From an uncultured virus (IMG/VR IMGVR_UViG_3300021255_001403) (Duplodnaviria > Heunggongvirae > Uroviricota > Caudoviricetes), in the IMG/VR virus record IMGVR_UViG_3300021255_001403: DNA of 64,000 bases, one strand, 5' to 3'. The notes below the pieces were generated by a model. The model saw only the letters and a list, made by a program, of their open reading frames with translations. It ran no database searches and was not told the DNA's origin. Of this stretch, positions 1-9,591 are shown piece by piece. Position 1 is the stretch's first letter. The number at the start of each line of letters is the position of its first letter. Both the position numbers and the translations under genes were made by a program.

Positions 1-101
1 CTTATACTTCAAATCCCGATACCGATAATCCTGATAAGCATGATTTTGAAAATTACATTATAACCATAGAATTTTGATTATATATTAAAGGAGAGAGCAA
101 A

Positions 102-758
102 ATGGAACCTATATTACATGAATATGAAGCCGGAGTAGCTGAAACGATTAAACACGATTTTATCTATACAATCGTTAAAACATTCGACGATCCTAATTGT
201 AAAAGAGTTACTAGAAGAGTATGTATTGTTTCTTGTGATATTAAGCCTATAATGAATTATTTGAAAGATTATTTTGATAATCATGGATACAAAATAGAAT
301 ATAAGAAAGTCAATAAGTTTGATTACTTTTCAATAGAAGTAATAGATATTATTGTTACCAAAACTGAAAAATCACAATTACCTTCATACTTAAAAAAGAT
401 ATACGGAAAAATAACTAATATACCTTTAGGAGAAGGTAGTAAAGAAGAGGAAGAACTGTTTAATAGTCCTCGTCTTATGAGTGCTGATGAAGCTAGAGAT
501 ATTGCTGATAAAAAGAATCTCGAAAATCAATTTTCTTTAGATCATTATCTTTTGCTTATTGGAGAAGCTATTGGTAAAGCAGCTAAAGAAGGTAAGTATT
601 CAGTAGATTTTAATTTAGAATATAATACTGATACTGAAGTCATTAATAAACTATCCAGTTATTTGAAATCTTTAGGATTTACTGTAAATGATAATACTTC
701 TTGGAATAGTAGTGATGGGTACTATAAGAAATTAACAATAGAGTTTTACAGTAAATAA
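102..758 (+). CDS. Hypothetical protein; C-terminal half belongs to the SAEEA...GY.V...I.W paralog family
   Basis: SD AAGGAGAG; motifs MSADEARD, IGKAAKEGKYSV, YLKSLGFTV, LTIEF shared with downstream paralogs. Confidence 0.75.
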   Translation: MEPILHEYEAGVAETIKHDFIYTIVKTFDDPNCKRVTRRVCIVSCDIKPIMNYLKDYFDNHGYKIEYKKVNKFDYFSIEVIDIIVTKTEKSQLPSYLKKIYGKITNIPLGEGSKEEEELFNSPRLMSADEARDIADKKNLENQFSLDHYLLLIGEAIGKAAKEGKYSVDFNLEYNTDTEVINKLSSYLKSLGFTVNDNTSWNSSDGYYKKLTIEFYSK

Positions 759-779
759 AAATTAAAGGAGAGAAATATT

Positions 780-1331
780 ATGATCGGTACTTTTAAATTC
801 TCTATTTTCTTAGTAAAGAATCCTTTACCTAGAAGGATTAAGAAGAAAAATAGAATGAATAATTATGTGGGATTTATTGTAGATGCTGATGAAAGGTTCA
901 ATTCTATATCTAACTCTATTGTCTCAGAAAATAATAGTCCTGGATTAGTGTTATATAACTTATCAGGATTTTTTCAGAGCTATGTGAATAGAGAAGATGG
1001 ATCTTTTTGTGTAGAACCTGGAGATTATAGAGATCCAGATTCTTATATCAAAAAAGCAAAGACTGAGTATATTAAATATCTTTGTGATAGTATAGATAAC
1101 CCTGGTAATATAGAAAAATATTACTCAGGTAAAGAGAAGATCAAAAAGATTGATGCTTCTTTAGATATCAATAATGAAGGGTATGAATGGTTTATCTTTA
1201 AATATGTAGACGCAATATGTCGATTAAATTGTGCAACTACTGATAGTGGAATTATAGCAAAATTTAGGAATAAACGGGAAAGGAATATAGCTAAAGCATA
1301 TATTCTTAATTATAAGAATATATTCAACTAA
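780..1331 (+). CDS. Hypothetical protein
   Basis: SD AAGGAGAG, operon context. Confidence 0.7.
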   Translation: MIGTFKFSIFLVKNPLPRRIKKKNRMNNYVGFIVDADERFNSISNSIVSENNSPGLVLYNLSGFFQSYVNREDGSFCVEPGDYRDPDSYIKKAKTEYIKYLCDSIDNPGNIEKYYSGKEKIKKIDASLDINNEGYEWFIFKYVDAICRLNCATTDSGIIAKFRNKRERNIAKAYILNYKNIFN

Positions 1332-1353
1332 TTCCATATAGGAGAGGAATATC

Positions 1354-2067
1354 ATGGAAAGTGCATATTTATATAGTAAGTATAAAAATTTCAAAGATCG
1401 AGAAAAGGAGATGATAGATACCACATTCAGAAATATCTCCAAACACATGAAAAATAACAAATTTGTTGATAATTCAATATTACTGACGATGGAGTTTAAT
1501 ATAAACTTTAGTTTTAATAATAATAATAATAAAGTTTGTATTCCTATCGAAGTTAAAGAGTATATAAGGAATGTATTAGAATCAGAAGATTACAAATATC
1601 TTACTAATGCTCCATCTGAAGATTCATCTTTAAATGACGTTCTTATCATCTATAAAACAAAAGAATCTAAAGTATTTGATTATAAAGAGTTAGCAGAAAG
1701 ACTTGGTGTATATAAAAAATATGATGATATGAATCTGTTTATTATCAATGCTAAAAAAGCATTAGAAATTTCTAACTCTGATAATCATCAAACAGATTCA
1801 GAATATGCTAAATCTAAATTAATAAAAGAAAAGATATTCGAGATTGGCGCTAAGATATATAAAGCTGCTCGTAATGGTGAGAAGAAGTTAGTATATGATT
1901 GTAATTTCTCTGATAAAGATGATGTAATAGAGTATATAACGAATCGTTTAAGAAAAGAGGGATATAATGTCGTCGAAAAGACCATTCCCTTTGCAGATTG
2001 TAGATATGAAGCTGAAACGTGTAAATACTTTATTATCAGTTGGGATAATGAAGAATGGGAGGAATAA
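1354..2067 (+). CDS. Hypothetical protein, SAEEA paralog family (C-terminal half)
   Basis: SD GGAGAGG; NAKKA, IYKAARNGEKKL, LRKEGYNV, IISW. Confidence 0.75.
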   Translation: MESAYLYSKYKNFKDREKEMIDTTFRNISKHMKNNKFVDNSILLTMEFNINFSFNNNNNKVCIPIEVKEYIRNVLESEDYKYLTNAPSEDSSLNDVLIIYKTKESKVFDYKELAERLGVYKKYDDMNLFIINAKKALEISNSDNHQTDSEYAKSKLIKEKIFEIGAKIYKAARNGEKKLVYDCNFSDKDDVIEYITNRLRKEGYNVVEKTIPFADCRYEAETCKYFIISWDNEEWEE

Positions 2068-2068
2068 G

Positions 2069-2383
2069 ATGGAAGATACAATTATCAGTGCAGAAGAAGC
2101 TATCAAACTTACTGAGACTAGTAAAGATAGTAAGATAAAAAGAAAAGAAGAAGCTTCTATGAAATTTTTAAAAGAAAGGATAGACCCTGCTATTAAAAAG
2201 GCCGCTAATAATGGTAAAAATGAAGTTAATATTCATATCAGTTCTGAAGACCACAAGGATATATCTTTCAATTATATTTTGAACTTTTTGAAAAGACTCG
2301 GATATAGTGTTTCTTATGAGAGTGCTAGAATATTAGACCCAAAATTTAAGACTACCGAATTGATTATTCAATGGGAGGAATAG
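2069..2383 (+). CDS. Hypothetical protein, SAEEA paralog family
   Basis: Start moved to ATG 2069 (GGAGG upstream); SAEEA, IKKAANNG, LKRLGYSV, LIIQW. Confidence 0.8.
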   Translation: MEDTIISAEEAIKLTETSKDSKIKRKEEASMKFLKERIDPAIKKAANNGKNEVNIHISSEDHKDISFNYILNFLKRLGYSVSYESARILDPKFKTTELIIQWEE

Positions 2384-2385
2384 TA

Positions 2386-2724
2386 ATGAGTGACGATAGT
2401 TTTGATTTCTTATATGCAGAAGATGCTAATGCACTTACAAAGTCTAGCAAAGCAAATTCAAAGAAAGAAAAAGAAGAAGCATCTATTAAATACTTAAAGA
2501 AGAAAATAGAACCTGAAATTAAAAAAGCTGCTAATGCTGGTGGAGATCAAGTTGTAGTTTATATTGATTATAATGAATATGAACCTATTTCCTTGAAATG
2601 CATTACAGATTTTTTGGAAAATCATGGTTATCATGTTTCTTGTACAAGTGCTAAAGTAATGGATCCGTCATTTAAGACTACTAGATTATCTATTCATTGG
2701 GGAGAGAAGAAAAATGAATGGTGA
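2386..2724 (+). CDS. Hypothetical protein, SAEEA paralog family
   Basis: GGAGG before ATG 2386; YAEDA, IKKAANAG, LENHGYHV, LSIHW. Confidence 0.8.
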   Translation: MSDDSFDFLYAEDANALTKSSKANSKKEKEEASIKYLKKKIEPEIKKAANAGGDQVVVYIDYNEYEPISLKCITDFLENHGYHVSCTSAKVMDPSFKTTRLSIHWGEKKNEW

Positions 2725-3046
2725 AACTTTTGAATTCTTATCTGCAGAAGAAGCTGATAAAATAGCATCTTCTTATGCTAAAAAGATTAATGATAGATTT
2801 GTAAAATCTTATCTTAAAGTAACCGTTGAATATGAAATAAAAGAAGCTGCTAAGAAAGGAAAGAAATCTGTAGATATCAAAATAGAATCAGGGCAAATAA
2901 CAGATTCTACTAGAGATTTCATTATAGACTATTTAAAATCTAAAGGATATGAAGCTGAAATAATCACTAAAACAGATTATTGGAGAGGAGAGGCATATGA
3001 TTATAAAGCGTTTTCTATCCATTGGGAAGAGAAGAAAAAAGAATAA
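2714..3046 (+). CDS. Hypothetical protein, SAEEA paralog family
   Basis: FLSAEEA, IKEAAKKG, YLKSKGYEA, FSIHW. Confidence 0.8.
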   Translation: MNGETFEFLSAEEADKIASSYAKKINDRFVKSYLKVTVEYEIKEAAKKGKKSVDIKIESGQITDSTRDFIIDYLKSKGYEAEIITKTDYWRGEAYDYKAFSIHWEEKKKE

Positions 3047-3362
3047 TAATGAATTCTTATCAGCAGAAGAAGCTAATGAAATAGCAACTTCTTATACCAA
3101 TAAAGTTAATGATAAATTTGTAAAATCTTATCTTAAAGAAATCGAATATATAATAAGAGAATTTGCTAATAGAGGAGAAAAATCTGTAGAAATAGAAGAA
3201 GAAAATGGTATGAATTTATCAAAATTAACAGAATCTAATGAAAAATCCATTACAGACTATTTGAAATCTAAAGGTTATAAGGTTGATATATCTACTAAAA
3301 CCAAAACAAATGGTTGGGGAGATGTATCGTACGATTACAAAGTATTTTCTATAAAATGGTGA
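2997..3362 (+). CDS. Hypothetical protein, SAEEA paralog family (close duplicate of preceding gene)
   Basis: FLSAEEA, FVKSYLK, YLKSKGYKV, FSIKW; start uncertain. Confidence 0.7.
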   Translation: MIIKRFLSIGKRRKKNNNEFLSAEEANEIATSYTNKVNDKFVKSYLKEIEYIIREFANRGEKSVEIEEENGMNLSKLTESNEKSITDYLKSKGYKVDISTKTKTNGWGDVSYDYKVFSIKW

Positions 3363-3375
3363 GAGGAGATTAATC

Positions 3376-3708
3376 ATGTTATTAACAGTACATATCAAAG
3401 ATGGAGGTAAACACATTTTCAATATTTCCCATATGATGTATGATAAAGAACTCAAAGTAGTATGGTTTGAAAATGGTACTAGAGATGCTAAATATTGGAT
3501 GAGTTCTGATACTCTTTTCGATAATCGTGGTGTATGGATAGATGAAACTACTCTTGAAAACTATAGAGTTAGTTTAGTAGAAGGGGTAGAAATGAATATA
3601 AATACATATACTGATTTAGAGAGTATTTATGATTCAATAGAAAAGAGTTTAACGCAGTTCGGCCAAGCCCATATAGAACTTGATCCTATAAATAATAAGA
3701 AGGGATAA
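3376..3708 (+). CDS. Hypothetical protein
   Basis: SD GAGGAG. Confidence 0.7.
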   Translation: MLLTVHIKDGGKHIFNISHMMYDKELKVVWFENGTRDAKYWMSSDTLFDNRGVWIDETTLENYRVSLVEGVEMNINTYTDLESIYDSIEKSLTQFGQAHIELDPINNKKG

Positions 3709-3712
3709 TAAA

Positions 3713-4309
3713 ATGATTGATAAAGAATCTCAAAGCTGGAAAGAATACACTCCTGAACAGAGGAAGATGAGAGAAGCAGCAGAATTGATTGTATCTAATA
3801 TGACTAGAGATGATCAGATGTATTACTGCTATACTGTAATTGCTGGCGCTAGTGATACTAGATTTAGATACTATTGTACCCATATAATATTTGATGATGA
3901 TAATCTGGATATTGGTGAATTTAGCGTGAATTGGATTCTTACAGGTCAATGTGCTATATGTGAAACTAATAAGGATAAACCTGATGCTAGTAATAGAGAT
4001 GGTATTGATCTGGCATTTCTTATGTTTGTCGTAATACTTAATCAGTTGCATCTTAAAGATATACTGAAACTGTATTTCGCGGTAAACGATGGAACACTTT
4101 ATCATCCAGAAGATTTCATAACTCTCGAGTCTATACGAGACGACTACAAGGGTATCCATCGTATATCTAAAGAGGCTGAAGAGCTTATTAAGGAAGGCTA
4201 TACCGTAAAGAAGATTATAAAAGAAATGGCAAAAGAAGTAGAAGATATTTGTAAGCACGATGGATTTAATGATCGCAGTCTTATTGATTTAACAACATAT
4301 AAGAATTGA
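3713..4309 (+). CDS. Hypothetical protein, tandem duplicate copy 1
   Basis: Near-identical to 4335..4940. Confidence 0.8.
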   Translation: MIDKESQSWKEYTPEQRKMREAAELIVSNMTRDDQMYYCYTVIAGASDTRFRYYCTHIIFDDDNLDIGEFSVNWILTGQCAICETNKDKPDASNRDGIDLAFLMFVVILNQLHLKDILKLYFAVNDGTLYHPEDFITLESIRDDYKGIHRISKEAEELIKEGYTVKKIIKEMAKEVEDICKHDGFNDRSLIDLTTYKN

Positions 4310-4334
4310 GTGTAAAATAAGGAGGGATAATAAA

Positions 4335-4940
4335 ATGATTGATAAAGAATCCCAAAGCTGGAAAGAATATACTCCTGAGCAAAAGAAGATGAGAGAAGCT
4401 GCTGAGTTAATAGTATCCAATATGACTAGAGATGACCAGATGTATTACTGTTATACGGTTATTGCTGGTGCTAGTGATACTAGATTTAGATATTATTGCA
4501 CTCATGTAATATTCGATGATGATAATCTGAATATTAATGAATTTGATGTAGAATGGATTCTTACTGGCCAATGTGGTATATGCGAAACCGATAAGAATTC
4601 TCCTGATAATGGTTTTACCAATCATAGACATGGTATTGATTTAGCTTTTCTTATGTTTGTGGTAATACTTAATCAGTTACATCTTAGAGATATATTGAAA
4701 CTGTATTTTGCGGTAAACGATGGATTACTTTCTCACCCAGAAGACTATTTAACTCTTGAGTATATACGAGATCATTATAAAGATGCCCATCGTGTATCTA
4801 AAGAAGCTGAAGAGCTTATCAAAGAAGGCTATACAGTTAAAAAGATTATAAAAGAAATGGCAAAAGAAGTAGAAGATATTTGTAAGCATGATGGATTTAA
4901 TGATCGCGGTCTTATTGATTTAACAGTCTATACGAATTGA
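4335..4940 (+). CDS. Hypothetical protein, tandem duplicate copy 2
   Basis: Near-identical to 3713..4309, SD AAGGAGG. Confidence 0.8.
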   Translation: MIDKESQSWKEYTPEQKKMREAAELIVSNMTRDDQMYYCYTVIAGASDTRFRYYCTHVIFDDDNLNINEFDVEWILTGQCGICETDKNSPDNGFTNHRHGIDLAFLMFVVILNQLHLRDILKLYFAVNDGLLSHPEDYLTLEYIRDHYKDAHRVSKEAEELIKEGYTVKKIIKEMAKEVEDICKHDGFNDRGLIDLTVYTN

Positions 4941-4950
4941 GGGTAATAAT

Positions 4951-5016
4951 ATGGATGACGATATGGTTATGATATTCTTACTCATTTTATTTATCTGGAT
5001 AGCATTAGGAATCTAA
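4951..5016 (+). CDS. Possible 21-aa hydrophobic membrane peptide MDDDMVMIFLLILFIWIALGI
   Basis: GAGGG upstream; fills the gap between operon genes; single TM-like stretch. Confidence 0.4.
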   Translation: MDDDMVMIFLLILFIWIALGI

Positions 5017-5040
5017 GTATTAAGAAGGAGAGAAAATATA

Positions 5041-5364
5041 ATGTTTACTTTAATTGAGGATAGTAAAGATAAATCACTTGGTAATGGGAGACATCAGAAT
5101 ATCTATACTAAGACAGAAATAGTGGCAATGAATTTTATGCTATCATCACCTACTAAAAAGATTAAAACTACAAATATGGCTATAATATTCAAAGTTGCTA
5201 ATGCTAAAGAAAGACCCTTTCTTGAAGAGTTAGAAGGATATTATGACTTTGATATGTATAAGATCAATAAACTTATCAATGAATATAATACGAAGAAAGA
5301 TATTGCATTCATAGATGAACTTAAATCTGATATCTTAGCATGTGCTAAAAGTATCGAAAAATAA
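5041..5364 (+). CDS. Hypothetical protein
   Basis: SD AAGGAGAG; followed by terminator. Confidence 0.7.
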   Translation: MFTLIEDSKDKSLGNGRHQNIYTKTEIVAMNFMLSSPTKKIKTTNMAIIFKVANAKERPFLEELEGYYDFDMYKINKLINEYNTKKDIAFIDELKSDILACAKSIEK

Positions 5365-5377
5365 TACTTATATTAGG

Positions 5378-5411
5378 ATAGAGGGAGAAATAACTCCCTC
5401 TATCTTTTTTT
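5378..5411 (+). terminator. Intrinsic terminator
   Basis: GATAGAGGGAG/CTCCCTCTATC stem followed by T run. Confidence 0.8.
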
Positions 5412-5454
5412 GTTTTTCACATTAAGATAAAGGAATGGAAGGAGGTATATTTAA

Positions 5455-6744
5455 ATGGGTTTTGTTGGAACCGAGTATAATAAACTGGTCAATACTACAT
5501 CTAGTATAGGATTAAATCTACAAGAGAATCCATATTATATGTATTCCGATAAGAAACCCACTGAGGTTACTTATTGGAATATTAATACTAAGAAATCTAC
5601 ATTAGATTTAGGAAGTCGTACTAATTATGACCAATTAGGTAAGAACTCTCCTCTTAGATATAATAAGATACTAGGATTCTATCTATATGGTTTACCACAA
5701 TTTCCTGTAGATATGAATAGAGGAGAATATGGTGTAGAATCTTCTACTATTGGAGGAGAAGCATTTGTATTACCTAATACACTGATTCCTAATGTGGATG
5801 ATTATTTCATCATTAACTATCTTGCTAAACCATATCTATTTAGAGTTACTAAGTCTTCTATAAACTCTCTTGAAACTAAAGTAAATGGGTATAGAATAGA
5901 GTTTGTATTGGATAATAGTAGAGAAGATTATATTAAAGCATTAAATACCTATCAGAAAGTAAGAACTCTTAAGTTCAAGATACAAAATGTTGGTAGTAAT
6001 GCTGTAAGTTGTTTTATATCTGAAGATGATGATAGAAGTATAAATGCTCTTATGAATCTATATAATTCTCTTAAAGAGTGTTATTGTAATCTATATTACA
6101 GAAATAACGTACAGACGTTTATATTGCACTATTTAGAGTTGTTTATCTATGATCCCTACTTAACAGAGTTTATGATAAGAAATAAACTGTTTAGTTATGG
6201 GGAGAATTATTTGTTTATGCAGCAAGCTGTACACAAACCTCCTACATTTGCTATAGAGTATAAACAATCTATATTCTATGACTTAGAAGAGAGAAATAAG
6301 CATCTCCATACTAATAGTTGTTATCCTGTACCTGTACATGACCCCAATAGTTTTCTTATGTATAGAATGGAAAACTATGTAGAGTTAAGCATTAATATCC
6401 ATCATAGTATGAAAAATCCTATAATGTGGATATCTGGTAAGTTATTTGATAATATAGAAGAGAATACGGAATATGAAGACGAAGGTAAGAATGATTATAT
6501 TCCGAAGAATATTATCATTAGATATTTTAATGATGGTAATAATTTTAGTATTACTAATGATGAAATCCATAGACTAAAAGACTATGATTGGAGATATACC
6601 AAGGATAATTTCTATGAGATTCCTATGCTGATGTATATAATTAAGATGTATATACATGGTTTAGAGAGTAAAGTAAATGAAGATGAAGACCTTGGTGAAG
6701 ATAGTGGAGTAATAAAAGAAGAGTGCTATAGTATAGGAAAGTGA
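5455..6744 (+). CDS. Probable virion structural protein (possible neck/head-tail connector type) of jumbo phage
   Basis: Late-type promoter CACA-N6-TA at 5418; SD GGAGG; N-terminal motifs (VTYWNIN, SPLRYNKI, IPNVDDYF) recalled from jumbo-phage structural proteins; function tentative. Confidence 0.5.
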   Translation: MGFVGTEYNKLVNTTSSIGLNLQENPYYMYSDKKPTEVTYWNINTKKSTLDLGSRTNYDQLGKNSPLRYNKILGFYLYGLPQFPVDMNRGEYGVESSTIGGEAFVLPNTLIPNVDDYFIINYLAKPYLFRVTKSSINSLETKVNGYRIEFVLDNSREDYIKALNTYQKVRTLKFKIQNVGSNAVSCFISEDDDRSINALMNLYNSLKECYCNLYYRNNVQTFILHYLELFIYDPYLTEFMIRNKLFSYGENYLFMQQAVHKPPTFAIEYKQSIFYDLEERNKHLHTNSCYPVPVHDPNSFLMYRMENYVELSINIHHSMKNPIMWISGKLFDNIEENTEYEDEGKNDYIPKNIIIRYFNDGNNFSITNDEIHRLKDYDWRYTKDNFYEIPMLMYIIKMYIHGLESKVNEDEDLGEDSGVIKEECYSIGK

Positions 6745-6749
6745 TAAAT

Positions 6750-6815
6750 ATGATGAAGAAGATATTGGATAATATATATATATATATATATAGACAGTTA
6801 GAGTTTGGAGTGTGA
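6750..6815 (+). CDS. Leader peptide MMKKILDNIYIYIYRQLEFGV containing (TA)10
   Basis: Read from sequence; homologous leader upstream of paralog 8479..9591. Confidence 0.45.
   Translation: MMKKILDNIYIYIYRQLEFGV
6773..6792. repeat. (TA)10 microsatellite
   Basis: Direct reading. Confidence 0.95.
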
Positions 6816-6821
6816 TATATT

Positions 6822-7950
6822 ATGGAAGTAGGTGTTAGTAATGAAATAAAGTACCAATCCTTAATATATTCACACAATGAACCATTGTTTCTTAAAACCA
6901 GATGGAGTGAGAACTAGATATTGTATAGGATGGAATGGATACGGAAGATATCTACCAAATACATTGAAGGTAACCTATAATGGGTTACCTTGTAATATTA
7001 GTGAAGAGAGTAATGGAATATTTTATAACTTTGATATAGCACCTAGTGGTAATTATGACGATTATGAAGTTACTTATATTACTAGACCACTTGATTATGC
7101 ATTCAGTACTGGAGACCCATTAGGTGGATATACTGGAGAAGAATACTTCTTATTTCCTAACTGGAATAATACATTAGGTGAAAAAGATGCATTCTGGATA
7201 GGTAAATATCAAGCTGGTGTTAGTACAAATAATATACCACAAAGTAGAAGTGGTGTTAATCTTTGGATCAATATTACTATCGGAGATAGTATAAATGCTA
7301 GTATTTCTAAAGGTACTGGATTCAATATTGTACGTAATCGTCAATGGGTATCTATAGCCTTGTGGTGCGATCATCATAATATAGCTCCTAAAGGAAATAT
7401 GTATGGTAATAATACTGGTAATCTTGATGGAGATTATACATCATTAGCTAGTTGTGGTGGAGGATATCTATCTATTGATGGTAATTATATCGTAACTGGT
7501 GCCAATGTTCCGAATACTTGGAATCATAATGGTCTATCTACTGGTATACATAATATGGTTGGTAATGTATGGGAATTTGTAAATGGCTTAGAAAATAGAA
7601 ATGGTAAGATATATATATTTGATGAAGATAATAGTAATTATGTATATAGTGGAGTAGACGTCGTTGGTGATAATATTGATGGTAAAGCCAATTATATAGT
7701 AGATATTACAAATACAACTCAGGCTATACTCAATGAAGGTATAGCTAATATTGTAAGCACTAATGGTTATATACCAAGTAATTTGTCTAATGGTATTGCT
7801 ATTATTAGAACCGATCAAATCAATCCAGCTCATAGAGGTGTTTCAAGTTATAATTGGGCTAAAAGTAGTTTATGGGATATAAGATTTGAAGGTGGATATA
7901 GTAGAACAGGTCAGTTAATGGGATTTCGTCTCGCAAGAGATTTAATATAG
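6822..7950 (+). CDS. C-type-lectin/FGE-sulfatase-fold (Mtd-like) protein, probable receptor-binding protein; +1 frameshift near 6888-6891 relative to its paralog
   Basis: FWIGKYQA, WNHNG..GIHNMVGNVWEFV, C-terminal GFRL; frame from ATG 6822 reads MEVGVSNEIKYQSLIYSHNEPLFLK and matches the paralog N-terminus, remainder is in the +1 frame (ORF 6877..7950). Confidence 0.75.
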
Positions 7951-7981
7951 ATAAATTTATTTTTATAAGGAGGAACTTATA

Positions 7982-8434
7982 ATGCTTAGTGAATATGAGG
8001 TTAGTGTATTATCAGAAGCAAGAGAGATATTAAATGAATTCGGAAATACTCCTAAAGGACAAAAGTTATTAAGAGGATTAGCTGATAGAATGAAAAGTAG
8101 AGCGGCAGCTTTAGGCTCAAAGCATTCTAAGGGATTTGCTTACGATCAAAGAAATTCTGAATTTAGTAGTTTTTCTAGAGATGCATTAGCAAAAAGATCT
8201 AGTGAAGCTCATAAAAAGCTTGGACTTATAACCCATGTAGATAAAAGTTTGTCTAAGCATACTGGATCTGCTCCAGGAACCTATTCTAATCCCGTTGCTA
8301 ATAAATATAAAGAACACTTAATGCGTAAAAATACTGGTTCGGTAATTGGTGATAAAATAGGTAGCGCTATAAACAAAACTTCTAGTGGAGTTAAGAATGC
8401 TTTTGGTAATATTGCAAGTAAAATCTTAGGATAA
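7982..8434 (+). CDS. Probable head-packaged protein: acidic leader ML.EYEV.VL.EARE..NE plus basic cargo
   Basis: SD AGGAGG; leader shared with 28880..29218. Confidence 0.7.
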   Translation: MLSEYEVSVLSEAREILNEFGNTPKGQKLLRGLADRMKSRAAALGSKHSKGFAYDQRNSEFSSFSRDALAKRSSEAHKKLGLITHVDKSLSKHTGSAPGTYSNPVANKYKEHLMRKNTGSVIGDKIGSAINKTSSGVKNAFGNIASKILG

Positions 8435-8439
8435 ACAAA

Positions 8440-8472
8440 ATATACAGAGAGGGATAAACTCCCTCTCTGTAT
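8440..8472. terminator. Bidirectional terminator between convergent genes
   Basis: TACAGAGAGGGA/TCCCTCTCTGTA inverted repeat. Confidence 0.75.
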
Positions 8473-8478
8473 TTATAT

Positions 8479-9591
8479 TTATATTAAGTCTCTAGAAAGA
8501 CGGAAACCAACATTCCAATTCGAGAGTGACAAAGCATTAGACACACTGAACGCCCATAACCCACATTGAAGACCAAGGTTCGAGCTACCACTACGTAAGA
8601 GAAGATATGTTTGACTATTATTATACCATGCATAATCACTATCTAAATTACTAGGTACATAACCTTGAGTATCAACTGTATTAGCTATACCTTCATTTAA
8701 TATAGCTTCAGAAGTATTAGTTATATCAACTATATTCATATTACTATTGTTACTTACACTAACACCGCTATCGACATAATTCTTATTCTCATCATATATA
8801 TAAATTTCCCCACTTCTATTCTCTAATCCATCTATAATTTCAAATATATTACCAACCATATTATGAATACCATTAGATTTACCATTATGGTTCCATGTAT
8901 CAGGTATAGTAGCACCAGTTACATAATAATATCCATTACCAGCATAATATCCTCCACCACATTGATCTAGTGTTGTATAATCTCCATCAAGATTATTAGT
9001 ATCATTACCATAAATATTACCTTTAACATGTATCTCATGATGATCACACCATCTAACAATAGATACCCATTCTCTATTGGTAATCATATCAAATCCATTA
9101 CCTTTAGACTTACATGCAGTAATAGCATCATTACGAGTTACATAACACCATAAATTAACACCACTTTTAGATTGAGGGATATTAGATCCATTATTCGATG
9201 CCTGATACTTTCCTATCCAAAATCCATCACCTTCTCCTAATGCATTATTCCAGTTAGGAAATAAGAAATATTCTTCATTAGGATATCCACCTAATTCATT
9301 ACCTGTACTAAATGCATAATCTAAAGGTCTTACTGCATAAGTAACTGTATAATCATCATAATTCCCACTAGGAGCTATATCAAAGTTATAGAACAACCCG
9401 TTCTCTTCTTCAGAAATATTACATGGTAACCCATTATAGGTTACCTTTAAAGTTCCAGGTAAGTATCTTCCATAGCCATTCCAACCTATACAATACCTGG
9501 TTCTTACACCATCAGGTTTTAAAAATAATGGTTCGGTTTGTTGATGAATTAGCCAGTATAAATGTATAGTATTTTCTATCTCTACATTCAT
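8479..9591 (-). CDS. C-type-lectin/FGE-sulfatase-fold (Mtd-like) protein with DGR variable-region-like C-terminus
   Basis: FWIGKYQAS, WNHNG..GIHNMVGNIFE, RSGSS...CGLWAFSVSNALSLSNWNVGFRL; paralog of 6822..7950. Confidence 0.8.
   Translation of the reverse strand: MNVEIENTIHLYWLIHQQTEPLFLKPDGVRTRYCIGWNGYGRYLPGTLKVTYNGLPCNISEEENGLFYNFDIAPSGNYDDYTVTYAVRPLDYAFSTGNELGGYPNEEYFLFPNWNNALGEGDGFWIGKYQASNNGSNIPQSKSGVNLWCYVTRNDAITACKSKGNGFDMITNREWVSIVRWCDHHEIHVKGNIYGNDTNNLDGDYTTLDQCGGGYYAGNGYYYVTGATIPDTWNHNGKSNGIHNMVGNIFEIIDGLENRSGEIYIYDENKNYVDSGVSVSNNSNMNIVDITNTSEAILNEGIANTVDTQGYVPSNLDSDYAWYNNSQTYLLLRSGSSNLGLQCGLWAFSVSNALSLSNWNVGFRLSRDLI

Noticed and set aside
1517..1531. (AAT)n repeat as contingency locus
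   Set aside because: In-frame trinucleotide poly-Asn, expected in AT-rich DNA
6822..9591. Gin/Cin-type site-specific inversion system
   Set aside because: No recombinase in the window and no short crossover sites identified; only homology-driven inversion is supportable
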